In this document: positions 48,489-60,800 of the stretch, piece by piece
Position numbering within the stretch: position 1 is the stretch's first letter
Layout of the letters: every line of letters starts with the position of its first letter
Origin: Lophium mytilinum
Lineage: Eukaryota
Length of the DNA stretch: 64,000 nucleotides
Direction: 5' to 3'
NCBI GenBank assembly: GCA_010093605.1
Contig: MU004200.1
Coordinates: 310,001 to 374,000 of the forward strand
Program-made: the position numbers and the translations under genes
The notes under the pieces: generated by a model
Seen by the model: only the letters and a program-made list of their open reading frames with translations
The model's database searches: none
What the model was told of the DNA's origin: nothing

Positions 48489-50666
48489 CTACGAACTCGG
48501 CAGATCAATGATCTTGCCAGGGTTCATGAGCCAGTGAGGATCCAATGCTCCTTTGATCTTCTGCATAACTCCAATAGTGTCCAGCCCGAGTTCTTTAAGC
48601 AGAGAATCTTTCTTGCCAAGCCCGATGCCGTGCTCCCCTGTGCACGTCCCATCCATTTCCAAAGCTCGATCCACCATGTCGTGGATGCACTTCTCGACCG
48701 CAGCTCGCTCCCTGGGGTTCTTGCTGTCGTAAAGAATGCTCTCGTGGAAGTTGCCGTCTCCAATGTGGCCAAGAATGCTGGCGAATAATCCCAGGTCATC
48801 CATTTCTTTCTTTGATATCTCTGCCGTCTGGTTAGTACATGCTGGTGCTTAGTGAGGACACTGCGTACCGATGATATCAGGCAGTCTTGACAGAGGTACT
48901 GCAACGTCTGTGGACCACACTTCTAGACCTTCAGTGCGCAGTGCAAGCATGCTCCAAAGTGACTCTTTCCGAGCAGACCAAAGGGTCTTCTGCTCCGCAG
49001 CATCGATTGCAAACTCGAAGTCACCGCTTTTGTGCATCTTTGCGATTGTTTTGACCATTGCCGTATTCTCTTGGACCTGAAAGATGGAAATTAGCATATT
49101 ATGAAATGAGCTCCTCAAAGGGAATGCGCAGCTGCTTACTCCTGCTTTCGTTCCAGAGAACCTGCGATTGAGTATCAGATTCATGCTCAGATGCCAGCAG
49201 AGGAGTGCTCTTACTTGAAAAACATTGTAGGAACTTCTTTCCACTTCTTCGGAGTAGACCCTGAGCGATTGATTACTCCCATCTGGACCTCGTCCATGAT
49301 CTCCATGGCAGCGACAGGGATGCCTGCGCGCATGACCTTTGAAGCTGCGGCTGCCGCATCGCGGATAGTAGGGAATGTGACGACTGCAACACTGGTTTCT
49401 TGAGGAATAACTGTGAGTTTGAGAGTGATCTCAGTGACGAGCCCCAATGTCCCTTCAGAGCCTATGAAAAGGTTCGTCAAGTTGTAGCCCGCTGAAGACT
49501 TTCTGAAAAGGGGTTAGTCGACAAATCTTGCTGCAGGCTGGTCTGTGGCGTACCTTGGACGGCGCCGTGTTTTTATGATGGTGCCATCTGCTAGAACGAC
49601 CGTGAGGTTGACGACCCAATCTTTCATGGTGCCATAACGAACAGCATTGGTGCCGCTGCAGGTATTCAAGACATGTCAGAACACGTCATGCTTCACAGAT
49701 AGGGTTGACCGGAGACCAACCTGCAGCTTGTGCCCACCATCCCGCCTATTCTGGCCTGAGACGCATTAACACGTGGACCGGGATACTCTATGTGGCGGTT
49801 CCGCGCCACATGCAAGCGTTACTTACAGATGGACCAGGGTCGACAGGAAAAAACAGTCCCGAGTCTTTTATCTGCTCGTTCAAACTCATCCAAGGCACCG
49901 AGGGCTGAACGACGACATCCATACTGACATATGCACGTCAGCTGCGACGTCCACGTAGCGATCTGCAGGTAAATCTCGCTTACTCGTCGGCGTGCAACGT
50001 GATGATCTTGTCCATGAATGTGAAATCGATACTCATACCTCCAAAAGGGGCCGAAAAGTTAGCCTCCAGACTAGATCCTCCCGAGTAGGGAACTAGGCCT
50101 CTATTTAGCGCAATCGTAGTAGCACGATGATCGGGACATACTCATAGGCACACGATATTTGTGGCATGTCTTGGCGATTTGGGCTACCTCTTCTGTAGAC
50201 TTGGGATAAGCAACTGCAACTGGAAGTTGGTCGATATTGATCGAAGACCACTCTGAATAGCCATGCAACAGGAGGTCTTCATCGTCGGTGCTGATGGCAT
50301 CGGACCCCAGTGTATACTTCAGTTCCTGGATAGCCTGGACACATGATCAGCATGAAAAGAAAGAATTGAGCCTCGCCTAAACTCTGTCCACACCTTTTCC
50401 ATGTCGGTCTTGTTCGCATAGCTGGGCTTGCGGAAATTGGCCCATGACAGCTTGAAGTGCGAGCTGGCGTCGTTGACGCCGTACAGATAGGTGAGTGATG
50501 CCGTGAATGCCGTGAACAGGAGCACTCGGCCAGAGGTCCAGGGCGATCTCTGGCCGGCAATGGGCTTGCCTGCTTTCTGGGCAGCGGTTGACTGGTGGCG
50601 AACAGCACCCCGCGCCAACAGTGGAGTGGCAGATAGCCTCGACAGAGGCCTCACGATGCGGAACAT
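48489..50666 (-). CDS. DLD1: Mitochondrial D-lactate dehydrogenase (cytochrome), FAD-linked oxidase (multi-exon)
   Basis: Presequence-like [82 protein letters not shown]. Confidence 0.93.
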
Positions 50667-52541
50667 GGTGGAGGGGGAGGTCAAGTGGGAAAGGAATGAT
50701 CCTCGGGCTTCGACAAAATGAGCGGGATGGGACTTGGGTTTCGGCTTTTACAGGCCATCAGGGTCTGGGACGCGCGAAGTCCACGAGAGTCGGTTTGATG
50801 GGAACGGCACCGCCAGCGGCCCGTTGAGACATTTTGTAGGCGGATGAGGGACCCACGAGGCGAGCGGGGAGGGAGCAACTAGCTGGCTTTTGAGTCTAAA
50901 CGCAGTTGGCGCGCAGGCCTGGGCAGAGGTGGTCGCCTCGAGGAACGGGACAGCTCACGGCCAGGGGCGATGTCGCCCGTCTCATCTGGCGGGTGCTGGC
51001 ACGAGAGCGGGCCAGTGAAGGGGCTGCAGGCTGAGGGCCCTTTGCACCGCGTTGTGTCCGGCGGCGTGTCGACATGCAGCAATTGGCAAGGGAAAAAGGC
51101 TGCATGATCAGCTGCAGGGGCGGGCACGACGAGCGTTGTCCCACGGCATCGAGGCCAGGCGGTGCAGCGTGCCGAAGCTGGCAAAAGAAACTGCGGGGAA
51201 GCATGTATGTACGAGGTATCGTGGGTTGAGAGGCAGCTTGCGTCCGTGCCGAGTCGCCGTCGAGTACGAGGCCACCGACGATAGGTAAACACCAGGCCAG
51301 ATTACGGTATAGAAATGGTAAACTGGCAGTCCCATTGGGCCGTACCAGCATTTGCAGGGATTGGACGTTACCATTGCAGAAATTCACTATCCATCGGACG
51401 TGGTCACGGTCTCGAGTACTGACATAGGGGAAGCCTGTCGAGAGTGGGAGGATGAGGCGCGATGCATGTATCGTCACATCGGCTGGCAGTGCTGGGACGC
51501 GCAGCAAGGCCCACGGCGCCCGTCATACGTACCTAACTCCAGGCCGACTGGTTCCTGGCCGATGTCGCGTGCCAGCAGCTGAGGCGCTGCAGCACACTCC
51601 GAATCCACGTCGGCGGTCCTCCCAGCGCGCATGTGCGGGTTTCCGTGGGCGCCCTCGAAAGCATCGCATTGCCGCTTTGGGCCAGATCTGAGGCTCGGCC
51701 GTGCAGCCGATCCCGTGTTCCAAGATTCGGGACGAGATCGTGAAGATGGAGAATATCCACAGCTAACGGCACAGCAAGCACCGCGTCCACAGAACCTAGC
51801 CATAACGACTTGCGAAATTGCTGCGACTGAACCGCCGCATCCTGCTCCTCTGGCTCCACTCCTTCGTGACATCCGCTGACGCAGTGCAGCAGCATGAGCG
51901 GTGAGCGTGTGGTCGTATCGCCTGTCTAATCGTATCTCCCGCAATTGGACGCAGCGAGATACAATTACCCTTCAGAAACAAAAGCGCCTGTGCTCGCTCG
52001 TACGGGAGCCATGGCCGTGTGGGGTGCTTGCATCCCGCACTGCTATCAGGCTCCCTGGAGCGAAAAGTGGCAGTCCACGAATCCGATGTCTGGTTTGAGA
52101 CATTCGATCCGTGAGATACACGCTCTTTCTGTGCTTGTGTCCGCTTGCCCGCCACTGCTCGTTCGTCGTCAGCTATTGAGAACTGTGGAATCAATCTGGC
52201 ACGTCTGATAGCGCTCTGGGCCATCCCGTCGGTATTGGACTGCCACTTTAAGTTCTTGGGACCTGCAGGTGGCGACGAAGTACCCCAGAGCCACGCCTCC
52301 ACGTCTGCTGAATACTTCCGCCGGAGCCTCGTGCGGTGAGGGGGAAATCCCGCAACCCTGCTGTTCTAGATGAATGGCATTGCCGAGCATTGGCGAGCTT
52401 GAGAGGTAGGAGGTAGGAGGTAGTGAATGCCTAAGGCATTCACACTCCGTTGCCCGGCAACCTCAATGGCGGCGATGACTTCTCCAGCAGGCGCGCTCTC
52501 GCACAGCACTCCGCATTTCTACGACGCACCACCGCATCATC

Positions 52542-55500
52542 ATGTCGGAAACCCACCGGCGGCTGTCGCGCGAGCTCTCCCGCATTCTTTCGTGCCCCTA
52601 CCCGGCCTCCCTCAAGGTAAGCTCACCGATCAGGACAATATGCAAGCCCCTGGGCTCCAGGACACATGATCGCCTTTCCTGCAAGTCATCAGCGCTGACG
52701 CGAACGGCATGCAGAGGCTCAATGACATCCTAGCCGACGCAGACGGACCGGCTGCGGCCACGGCTTGGATAGACCAGCACCCGTGTCAGGTTGCGAGGCT
52801 TTGCTCCGTGACGACCACCGCATTGCCTCTCTGGCCATACAGCCTGAAGATCCTGCAATGCTTATGTACGTGATCGCTTCAATTCCCATGTCTGGCGGGC
52901 CTGTCGATCCACCAGCATCATGGAGCTAATCGCCACCTGCCAGGTCACGCCGCCGCTTTTAGAAAACATTTGCTCCATCAGGAGCCTTGCATGCTAGACG
53001 ACCTCCTCACAAAGGCCAACGCGTCGCTGCATGGCTTTCACGAGGTAAGCTGAATTTTCTTTGAAAACGAGTAAAAGACCGAGCCTCGTATCTTGAGGTT
53101 TGAGGCAACCAACTACAGTGCCTCGTCGTAGAAATCTGTACACTTTGCTGCCACTGCATGTGGTACCCCAGACAGTGGCGGAGATGTGTACACATGCTGG
53201 GCGTCTTGATTGTCGTCGTGGGCGCCCATCAATTCGTGAAAGCACTACGCACTAACTGGAAAGTGTATGGATATCTTTGACGAGGCACTGTATATTTTCT
53301 CCTCTCATTCTGTGCGTTGGCATGAATTTGCAAATGCGGCTCTTTCGAAGCCATTTTTTGTCAGCCTTGGAAGCTTATTTCAGCCACGCAGTATTCCCTG
53401 ATATGTGTGCTTTTTCTCTCCGAGCCGCTTCCAGACTCGATCCCACTGCCAGCAGCCGCACAGTCTTTTTTCCTGCGCGTTTTCGACGAGGCTTCACAGA
53501 CACCATGCGTCACTACGCTGGCCCCTGTCTACACTATGCTAAAGGGGGCATGCCGTGATCTGATAGGCCTTCTATCGCAGAGCTCTAGAGACGACTTCGA
53601 CCAACAGATCTGCCGCATACTGGCCTCCAAGTCTGCCCAGAAAGACTCTATGCTTCTCCTCTGGTGTCTTGGAATTGCTGTACTCGCCGAAGGCATACCA
53701 GTGGCCTCGAGACGGCATGATTCGAACGCTAGATTGCAAGATGTTTCACCAATTATGAACACTTCTGAAGAGTGCACAGAAATCAGATGGAACTCTGCAG
53801 CCGCTCGGAGGCTATTCGGCTCCGTCAAAGCTATGACAAAGACTACGACCACGACTGTGCTCAGTGTCATCTGGGCATGCAAGAGCAGTTGCGGGGGCGG
53901 TGTCACAGATGCGGAGGCGGCTGAAGGCGTTCAAATCGCGATTCGAACTCTGCAATCCGTGGAAGTCGATGTTCGGCACGAATGGTCACACAGCAGCACC
54001 CTCGCAAAGTCAATGTTATCGAAGTTGGAAGAAAAGTCCCTTTCCCCGGAGATTCACCCGTTAGTGCAGCTTGAGGTAAGACATCTTTACGTATACTGTG
54101 GCACACTTAGCTAATAGATCCAGGCGTTCGGATTCCTGGGTACACTCTTGGGCCAAGAAAATATTCCGGCAGAAATTGTTGCCCAGTACAACAGAATCTT
54201 GAACTACTTTTTACTGAAGCCGTTAGCGACGACACGAGTGGGGCTATCTTTATCTGTCTCCATCCCAATATTTGCAGTAAGACCCCCCGAGCCCTTTTTA
54301 CTAGAAATGCTAATAGATAATAGCATCGATTGGATGACAATGCAACGAGAAAGTTGTTCCAAGATTTGCTAAATGCTTCGACCGAGATTATCTCCGCAGA
54401 GACGCTAGAGGTATATCGCGCATTGACATCGCAGCTGACTGCCGCTATGCCCGCTTGTGCTGCACTACGAAAGGGCATCCTGCTCAACATTTCGTCAAGT
54501 GGCATGCAAGACTCTCTCAACTCTTTGTTGGGCGACGCGATCCCTCCCGACGATGTCTTAGACCACAACATCGAAGATATCTGCAAGAGCCATGCCATTG
54601 CTTCCAAACGCGCGCTGGCCTCGGCTTTACTGAATATGATCCTCACTGCTACACTGACGGCCAGGGGAGACGAACCTAGAGTGCCAACGAAGATAGCAAT
54701 TTCTTTGCTTGAGATGCAAAATCGCATCACCCGTCCATCGGATACGTGTCCTCTAACAATCAGGACACCCCAACCTCGATCAAAACTTTCCGTGTTCGAG
54801 CAGAGTTGCACTCCTCGAGCTTTGACAAATCAACAGGATTGGAGGGATCGGTTAGCTCTCGATCTTCAACAACAATCCGCCCATCAGAGAGACATGATCG
54901 TCCACACTGTGGCACAAGTTTGCCAGCAGCTGGAGGAACGGTGCGACCATGTCGAAGAGCCTCTCAGAGAAGAGCGGCGTAAAGTTGAAGAGCTCGAAGC
55001 CGAAGTAACGAAGTTGAGGGAGCTCGCATCAGCGCTAGAGTCTGAGGCGATCGATCGCAAATTAGTGGTTGATGGCCTTGAAGGAGAACGCATGCAGTGG
55101 GAGCGAGACTTACAACAGGCGGAATCTCGGAATGACGACCTTTCAAAGGAGTTCTCGACCTCCCTGGAAGACATGCGGCAAAAGCTCGAGGAAACTGAAA
55201 GAGAGGCGCACCAAATGCGTGCTGATTTCGAGGCGCGGGAGAATCAACTGCGCGCCGGCCTTCTCTCTACCGAGGAGATCTTACAGCATCGCACTGGTCA
55301 GGCTGATTACCTCGAAACTCAGATGAAACAGTTGCAAGCCGATCTAGAATGCCAAACTACCGAGTTGGAGCGATTTAGACAAACGGATGAGTCTCTCGCA
55401 GCAGAGGTTGATGGCCTCCATGCAGCCTTAAAGCTGGCACGTCAGGACGGATCTCAGAAGACGAATCAGATTGCTGATCTTGTCGCCAAAGAAGGTGAGA

Positions 55501-56569
55501 TTACGACCTACCTGGAGAATGTCAAACAAGAGCTCGCCGAAAAGGCTCGAGCTCTAGAAAAGCTTCGCGACGATCACCTGGAACTAGAGAACGCCTCGAG
55601 AGACCAGATGGCAGCTGTGGAGTCAAAGCATCGAACGGATCTGCAAAACGTAGCTGCACAGGTGAGCAGCCCGAGGCAGTCATATCTCTTGAGGTATGCT
55701 AAAAGTCTATCAGGCAATCGCAGAGACGTCTCGTCTTAACAAACAGATTGAAGATACTGATGGCAGACTAAAAGAATTGAAGCAAAAGCACGAAGAGCTA
55801 TTATACGACATGGACCTCGACAAGGTCGCGATCAGTGAATTGGAGACCGAGGTCAGCATCTACGACTGGACCTCTGACCTTCACCGCTAATTATTTCTAG
55901 AACGACCACCTCAGAGACTCCTGCGTGGCTAAGGACGAGGAGTTGGATGCTCTCAAAGCACTAAAAAAGCGAGTACTCAGCACAATGGGGGTTGACAGTG
56001 CTTCGCCGATGCGTCCGAGTCGGGCACGGAACGAAACATCCAGCCTTGGTCTCAGTCGTCAACGTGAGACAAGGCCAAGACCCATCATGCAGCCACACCC
56101 GCGTAATGGTAATACGGTGCCGTTGGGGGATGCAATCACGTCCCGAGGCGCTAGGTCACCCTCATCGCCTATGATGAGTCCTGCAATGAAGCGAGCAAAG
56201 GCAGGCGGCCCGTTCAAGGCTCCTCAAATCAGTCTGCCCCGTCCGAACACTGGTGCGCGCACCTCGATGTCCATGTCTGTCAGTAAGGGCGTGTCTCAGC
56301 GACGGCCACTTGATGATGTCTCGGCGAAAGTAAACCAGTCTCCTCGGCGCCGACGCACGACAATTGGCTTTGGATTTACTGAGAGCCAGAAGTCTCTGGG
56401 TCAGGGGCAGCTTCATGAGAGCATGGACCGAGAGAACGCTATGGAATCAGTTTCTTTCCCAAGCGGCATGTTCACTAGCACGCCGCTAACGCCACAGAGG
56501 AGGAAATCAGATCTAGGTCAGTTAGAAGGCCGACAAGTCGCTTCCGACGAAACGACGGTAGAGTTCTAG
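52542..56569 (+). CDS. Conserved fungal protein of unknown function: helical N-terminal domain, long coiled coil, basic SP/TP-rich tail (multi-exon)
   Basis: Exons join in frame through GT-AG introns: MSETHRRLSRELSRILSCPYPASLK|RLNDIL..WIDQHPCQV..LPLWPY|CHAAAFRKHLL..GFHE|YSLICVLFLSEPLP...; later VAQVCQQLEERCDHVEEPLREE and the coiled coil. Confidence 0.8.
53045..53391 (+). other. Long fold-back spliceosomal intron B (347 nt)
   Basis: Phase-0 GTAAGC...CAG restores the frame. Perfect 14-bp inverted repeat 53114-53127/53279-53292 plus inner helices. Confidence 0.8.
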
Positions 56570-57854
56570 CGTTTGACGCAGGGTAGCTAAGGTCCGCGTG
56601 CGTAACACGATACTGTTGTGTAACCAAACGCGCATCCTAGCCTAGACAAAACCGCTTCCCATTGGCACGATTCTGTAAGTGACAACTCGTGATAATGTTC
56701 TTTGTTCACTGGCTACTTGTGAGTGGCTTTGCTGCGAACACCCGATTCCTTTTTCAGGTAGAGTTCCAGTCATATGACTCAACAATGGAAAGATGGTTAA
56801 ATCAGCGAGATTCGAGAAGCCGTTGGGCTTGAAGTACTGGCGAATTGCAGGCGGATGTAGCTTTATTTCAGCGGGTCATTCTCTCTTAGCCTACGAAAAG
56901 GTTATATATCGAGCTAGTGGTAGTCTCCCACTTTGATCTTGGTTAGATAAAAGCGTGCATCATGACCTGGATTCTTTTCGTCGTAAGTCACACCCTATCA
57001 TCCTGAAACACCTCTTGCTAATAGGCAAACACCAAGAAAGGCCTAGCAAACGTCAGACTGTGCACAAGCTTTGTCGAATTTGCGAGAGACATAAGATTTG
57101 ATGAAAGGAGAACAAGCCCCATGAGCAGGGTGGGCGAACACCACTACGCTCAGGCGATCTTCGGTGTTCAAAACTCCTTGAAAGACCTATCCCGCAGTAA
57201 AATCGATCTGTTTTCGGCCCCTGAATGACGTGTGTAATTCTACGCATGAAATAGCAAACTTCTCACTTTTAGCAATCACTTCCTTTTGTATTCATCCGTG
57301 CATTTCCCACATCGCAGGAAAACAGCCTCGCAAGGTCACATTGTAGTTGTCAAACTTGATCTACCTCTTCCTATCCGTGGTGATTAGCATTATATTCCCT
57401 CAGCGATGCGCACTACCACGAAGACAGTGATTCTCGAATATGGTGGGTACTGTTTCTTTCATAACGTTCGGAGTGCCGTAGTAAGGGCTTGCTGAGAGCC
57501 TGGCGCTGTTTCTTTAAAAGGAAGCATCCAAGACGCGACTTCCAAGTTGAGCCTTCTTCAACCGCACCTCGCCATCAAACTCCCGCTGAAGCCGGCACAT
57601 GCCCTCCGAGCAGATATTCCACCCCGCCCGCTTCTATTTCACTGCTGTTGCCTCCTCTTCTTCAACTGACCTCCACGCAAGCCTCTCACAACAAGCACGC
57701 CGGGCCCCGGCCTTCCTCTGCTCCACCAAAGCACGTCAATTCCTCAGCAAGGCGGAAGCAATCAAAGAAGAAGCCGTCAAAGCGCAAACAACCCACCCGG
57801 ATCAAGCCCACGCCCAGCGACGGGCACGTAGGCTCGGTCTCACCAGACACAGCG

Positions 57855-60800
57855 ATGGCGAATCGCAACAAGCCTCCTCTGCTTCGGCCTCCAGCCGAAT
57901 TAGACTCTCAGAACACCCAGCCAGACTCCCCTCGATCGCCCAACTCGCATCCGAACACTCGAGGTGGCTCTCGTCCACCCCCACGCCAGCCTGGCAATCG
58001 TCCACCGACATTAAAGTCCATGGTAAAGGCGCCATCCAAAGAGTCGTTGAGCGAGTGGTCGAGCGAGGCCTCACAGCCAGCTAGCCCATCAAAGAGGTCT
58101 GCCAGCCCGCAATCAGCTTCTGAGGCGACGTCGGCAACGACGAGCCCGCAGCAGCCAACGACGAGCCCGCAGCGGCATCCATTTCAGCCTCTCCCCAGTG
58201 TGGAAGCTACAGATTCACCATCGAGACTGCTCCCAAGCTCTTCACAGAAACTTGAGAGTTCCGAGCAGTCACGCAACGCTATGGGAATGCGGTCGAACTC
58301 CGACTCGCCACAACCGGCCTCCCGTCCTGCCAATAGACATACACTCCCGAATGCTCGAGCAACAAGGTCAGCAACGGGCCCCCTACAACAGCCTTTCCGC
58401 CCAGCACAGCATGGGCCTCGGCGACCCGCAACAGGCCCGACACAGTCCGTGTTTAGATCATCGGCTTCTGGTCCTCGACGAGGTCAGACTTCAGAGCCGT
58501 CGCGTCCAGCTTTGCACTCGTCGGCCTCCCCTTCTTCCCTGAGCAATCCATCAAATGGTCACCAAAACAGGGCTTTACTTCAAGGGGACAAGTCCTGGAT
58601 GGATCTACCAGAGTGCTCTATAACCATCTCCAAATTACCCGAGAAAACCACAACCTTAGAGATCTACCAATTGCTCAGGAAGGAAGGAACCATTTCGAAG
58701 ATTAGGATCAAAGGCAGTCGAATGAACCCCATTGCTTCAGTTGATTTCTGTCCACCACCCAAGAGACCGGTCTGGAACTTTCCTCTGCGCCTGCGTGGGA
58801 ACGATCAGGCCTTGGGAATACAACTCAACGCTCCAAATCGTAGTTTCTTTGTCCCGAGCCCTATCAACCCAGAAAAGAAATACCCAGAGCGCATTAGTCT
58901 ACGCCCAAGCGAGCTGGGCTTCGGCTTCATGTATAAGCCAAAGACCACGATGGCTATGAAGAACGTTGTTTCGAAAGGTGAAATAGGCATAGAGATGACG
59001 CTAAACCTCCTCCGGAAAGAGATCGATGTTCAGTTCAATATTGGGCTGAACTATGGACACAACAAGATCACCCAGCATAGATACCGATTTCGCTTGCCGT
59101 TTTCTCAGCTTCAGCGAATATACGAGGTCAGGGTTCCTGGGAGCACGAGATGTGAATTAGTTATTCCTTTTGATATGCCGCCAGCGTTCTTCAAGCAGGC
59201 AGGGGACATTCCTTCGACCATTAATAGATATGTCCCGTTCTGGAGCGAATGGCAAACCTGGTACCGCCAAACTAACATCTTACACCGTTGGCGCGGCGGC
59301 AAAGGTGTTGAGAAGGACGAAAACAATCCAATTGACCTGCGTAACCGGCATGCAGTCATCGATATCGGTAAAGCTATCCCCGTTTTATTTTCAATGGGTT
59401 CCTCTAACAAACAAAGGGCGCTGGACTATTTATCGGTTTGTCTTTGATGAATCGAAGAACATCGCTAGTACGAAGGAATACTCGCTGTTGCGAGAGGTTC
59501 TCGACGATTACAACATTCCAATCGAGCCACTCGAGATGTTTGAGGTCAAGGAGAGGTTTGAAGCTAGCTTCTGGAAGCTCTTAGATGGCGCTTACCTCAA
59601 GCCACTCGGCGATCAATCCCGACTTGGAAGTCTCGGTTCCTCCACGATCTCGTTGGAGTTTTCCGTGAGATACCAGCTTCAAGTTTGTTTGTCTCACGGC
59701 TGGCTCAACGAGCACAACATAACGAGCGAATTCCTCACGAGACTTTCGGATATGGACTCTTCCAAGGCTCGATACATTTTGGAAAAGACAGCCGACAAAC
59801 AATGCCGAACTTGGGATCCTATGGAAATTTTCAAGATACCTGTCAAGGACTCTGGCAAGATCAGACTTCCGAAATATTGCGTCTATGCTAGATCGGCAAC
59901 GGTCACTCCTTCGATGCTCTATATTAACACGCCAACTACTGAGATTTCGAATCGTGTAGTCCGATATAGGTCCGAGCTGCAAGACCGATTCCTGCGAGTC
60001 AAGTTCACTGACGAGAAAATTGAAGGCAGAATTAACAGTCAAGATGATGACAGATTCGAAAATGTTTTTCGCCGAATCAAGCAAGCCATGACTGAAGGGA
60101 TCATTGTAGGGGATCGCCATTATCAGTTCCTTGCCTTTGGCAATTCTCAATTCCGCGAGCATGGTGCATACTTCTTTGCACCCCTGGAGGACAGTCAGGA
60201 CTCAACTAGCTGCACTGTAGAAGGCCTCAGAGAATGGATGGGTGACTTCCGCCCTATCAAGTCGGTCTCTAAGTATGCTGCTAGGCTTGGACAATGTTTC
60301 TCGACCAGCCGAGCAATCGCAGCTGGCCGAAATGTGAACGTCATAGAGATTCAAGATGTCATCACCGGAGATTACTGTTTCACAGACGGCGTAGGCAAGA
60401 TTTCGTCGTTTCTTATCCAAATGGTTGCCCACGAATTCGGGATCCCTATAGATTCAGCCGATTACCCATCCCTTGTCCAGTTTCGTCTGGGAGGATGCAA
60501 AGGCGTGCTCGCAGTCTGGCCGGAAGTCAAGAGAAACGAGGTCATGATTCGCCCCAGCCAGAAGAAATTCAACGCCATACATCAAGGCCTCGAGATCATT
60601 CGTGTCTCATCATTTGCGACGGCCTGCTTGAATCGTCAGCTCATCATAGTCCTCTCTACTCTTGGAGTACCGGATAAGATATTCGCCGACACGCAAAAGA
60701 AAATGCTGGCTGAACTCAGCCGAGCCATGGTTGATCCAAATGTTGCGGTAGAAAAGCTGAGGCGGAACATCGACTTGAATCAAATGAGCTTGACTCTGGC

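Noticed and set aside
50700..52500. Cluster of 60-200-aa ORFs in the DLD1 / coiled-coil gene divergent interval
   Set aside because: No motifs, no coherent exon chain and no recognisable ncRNA; treated as intergenic, though a lineage-specific transcript cannot be excluded.
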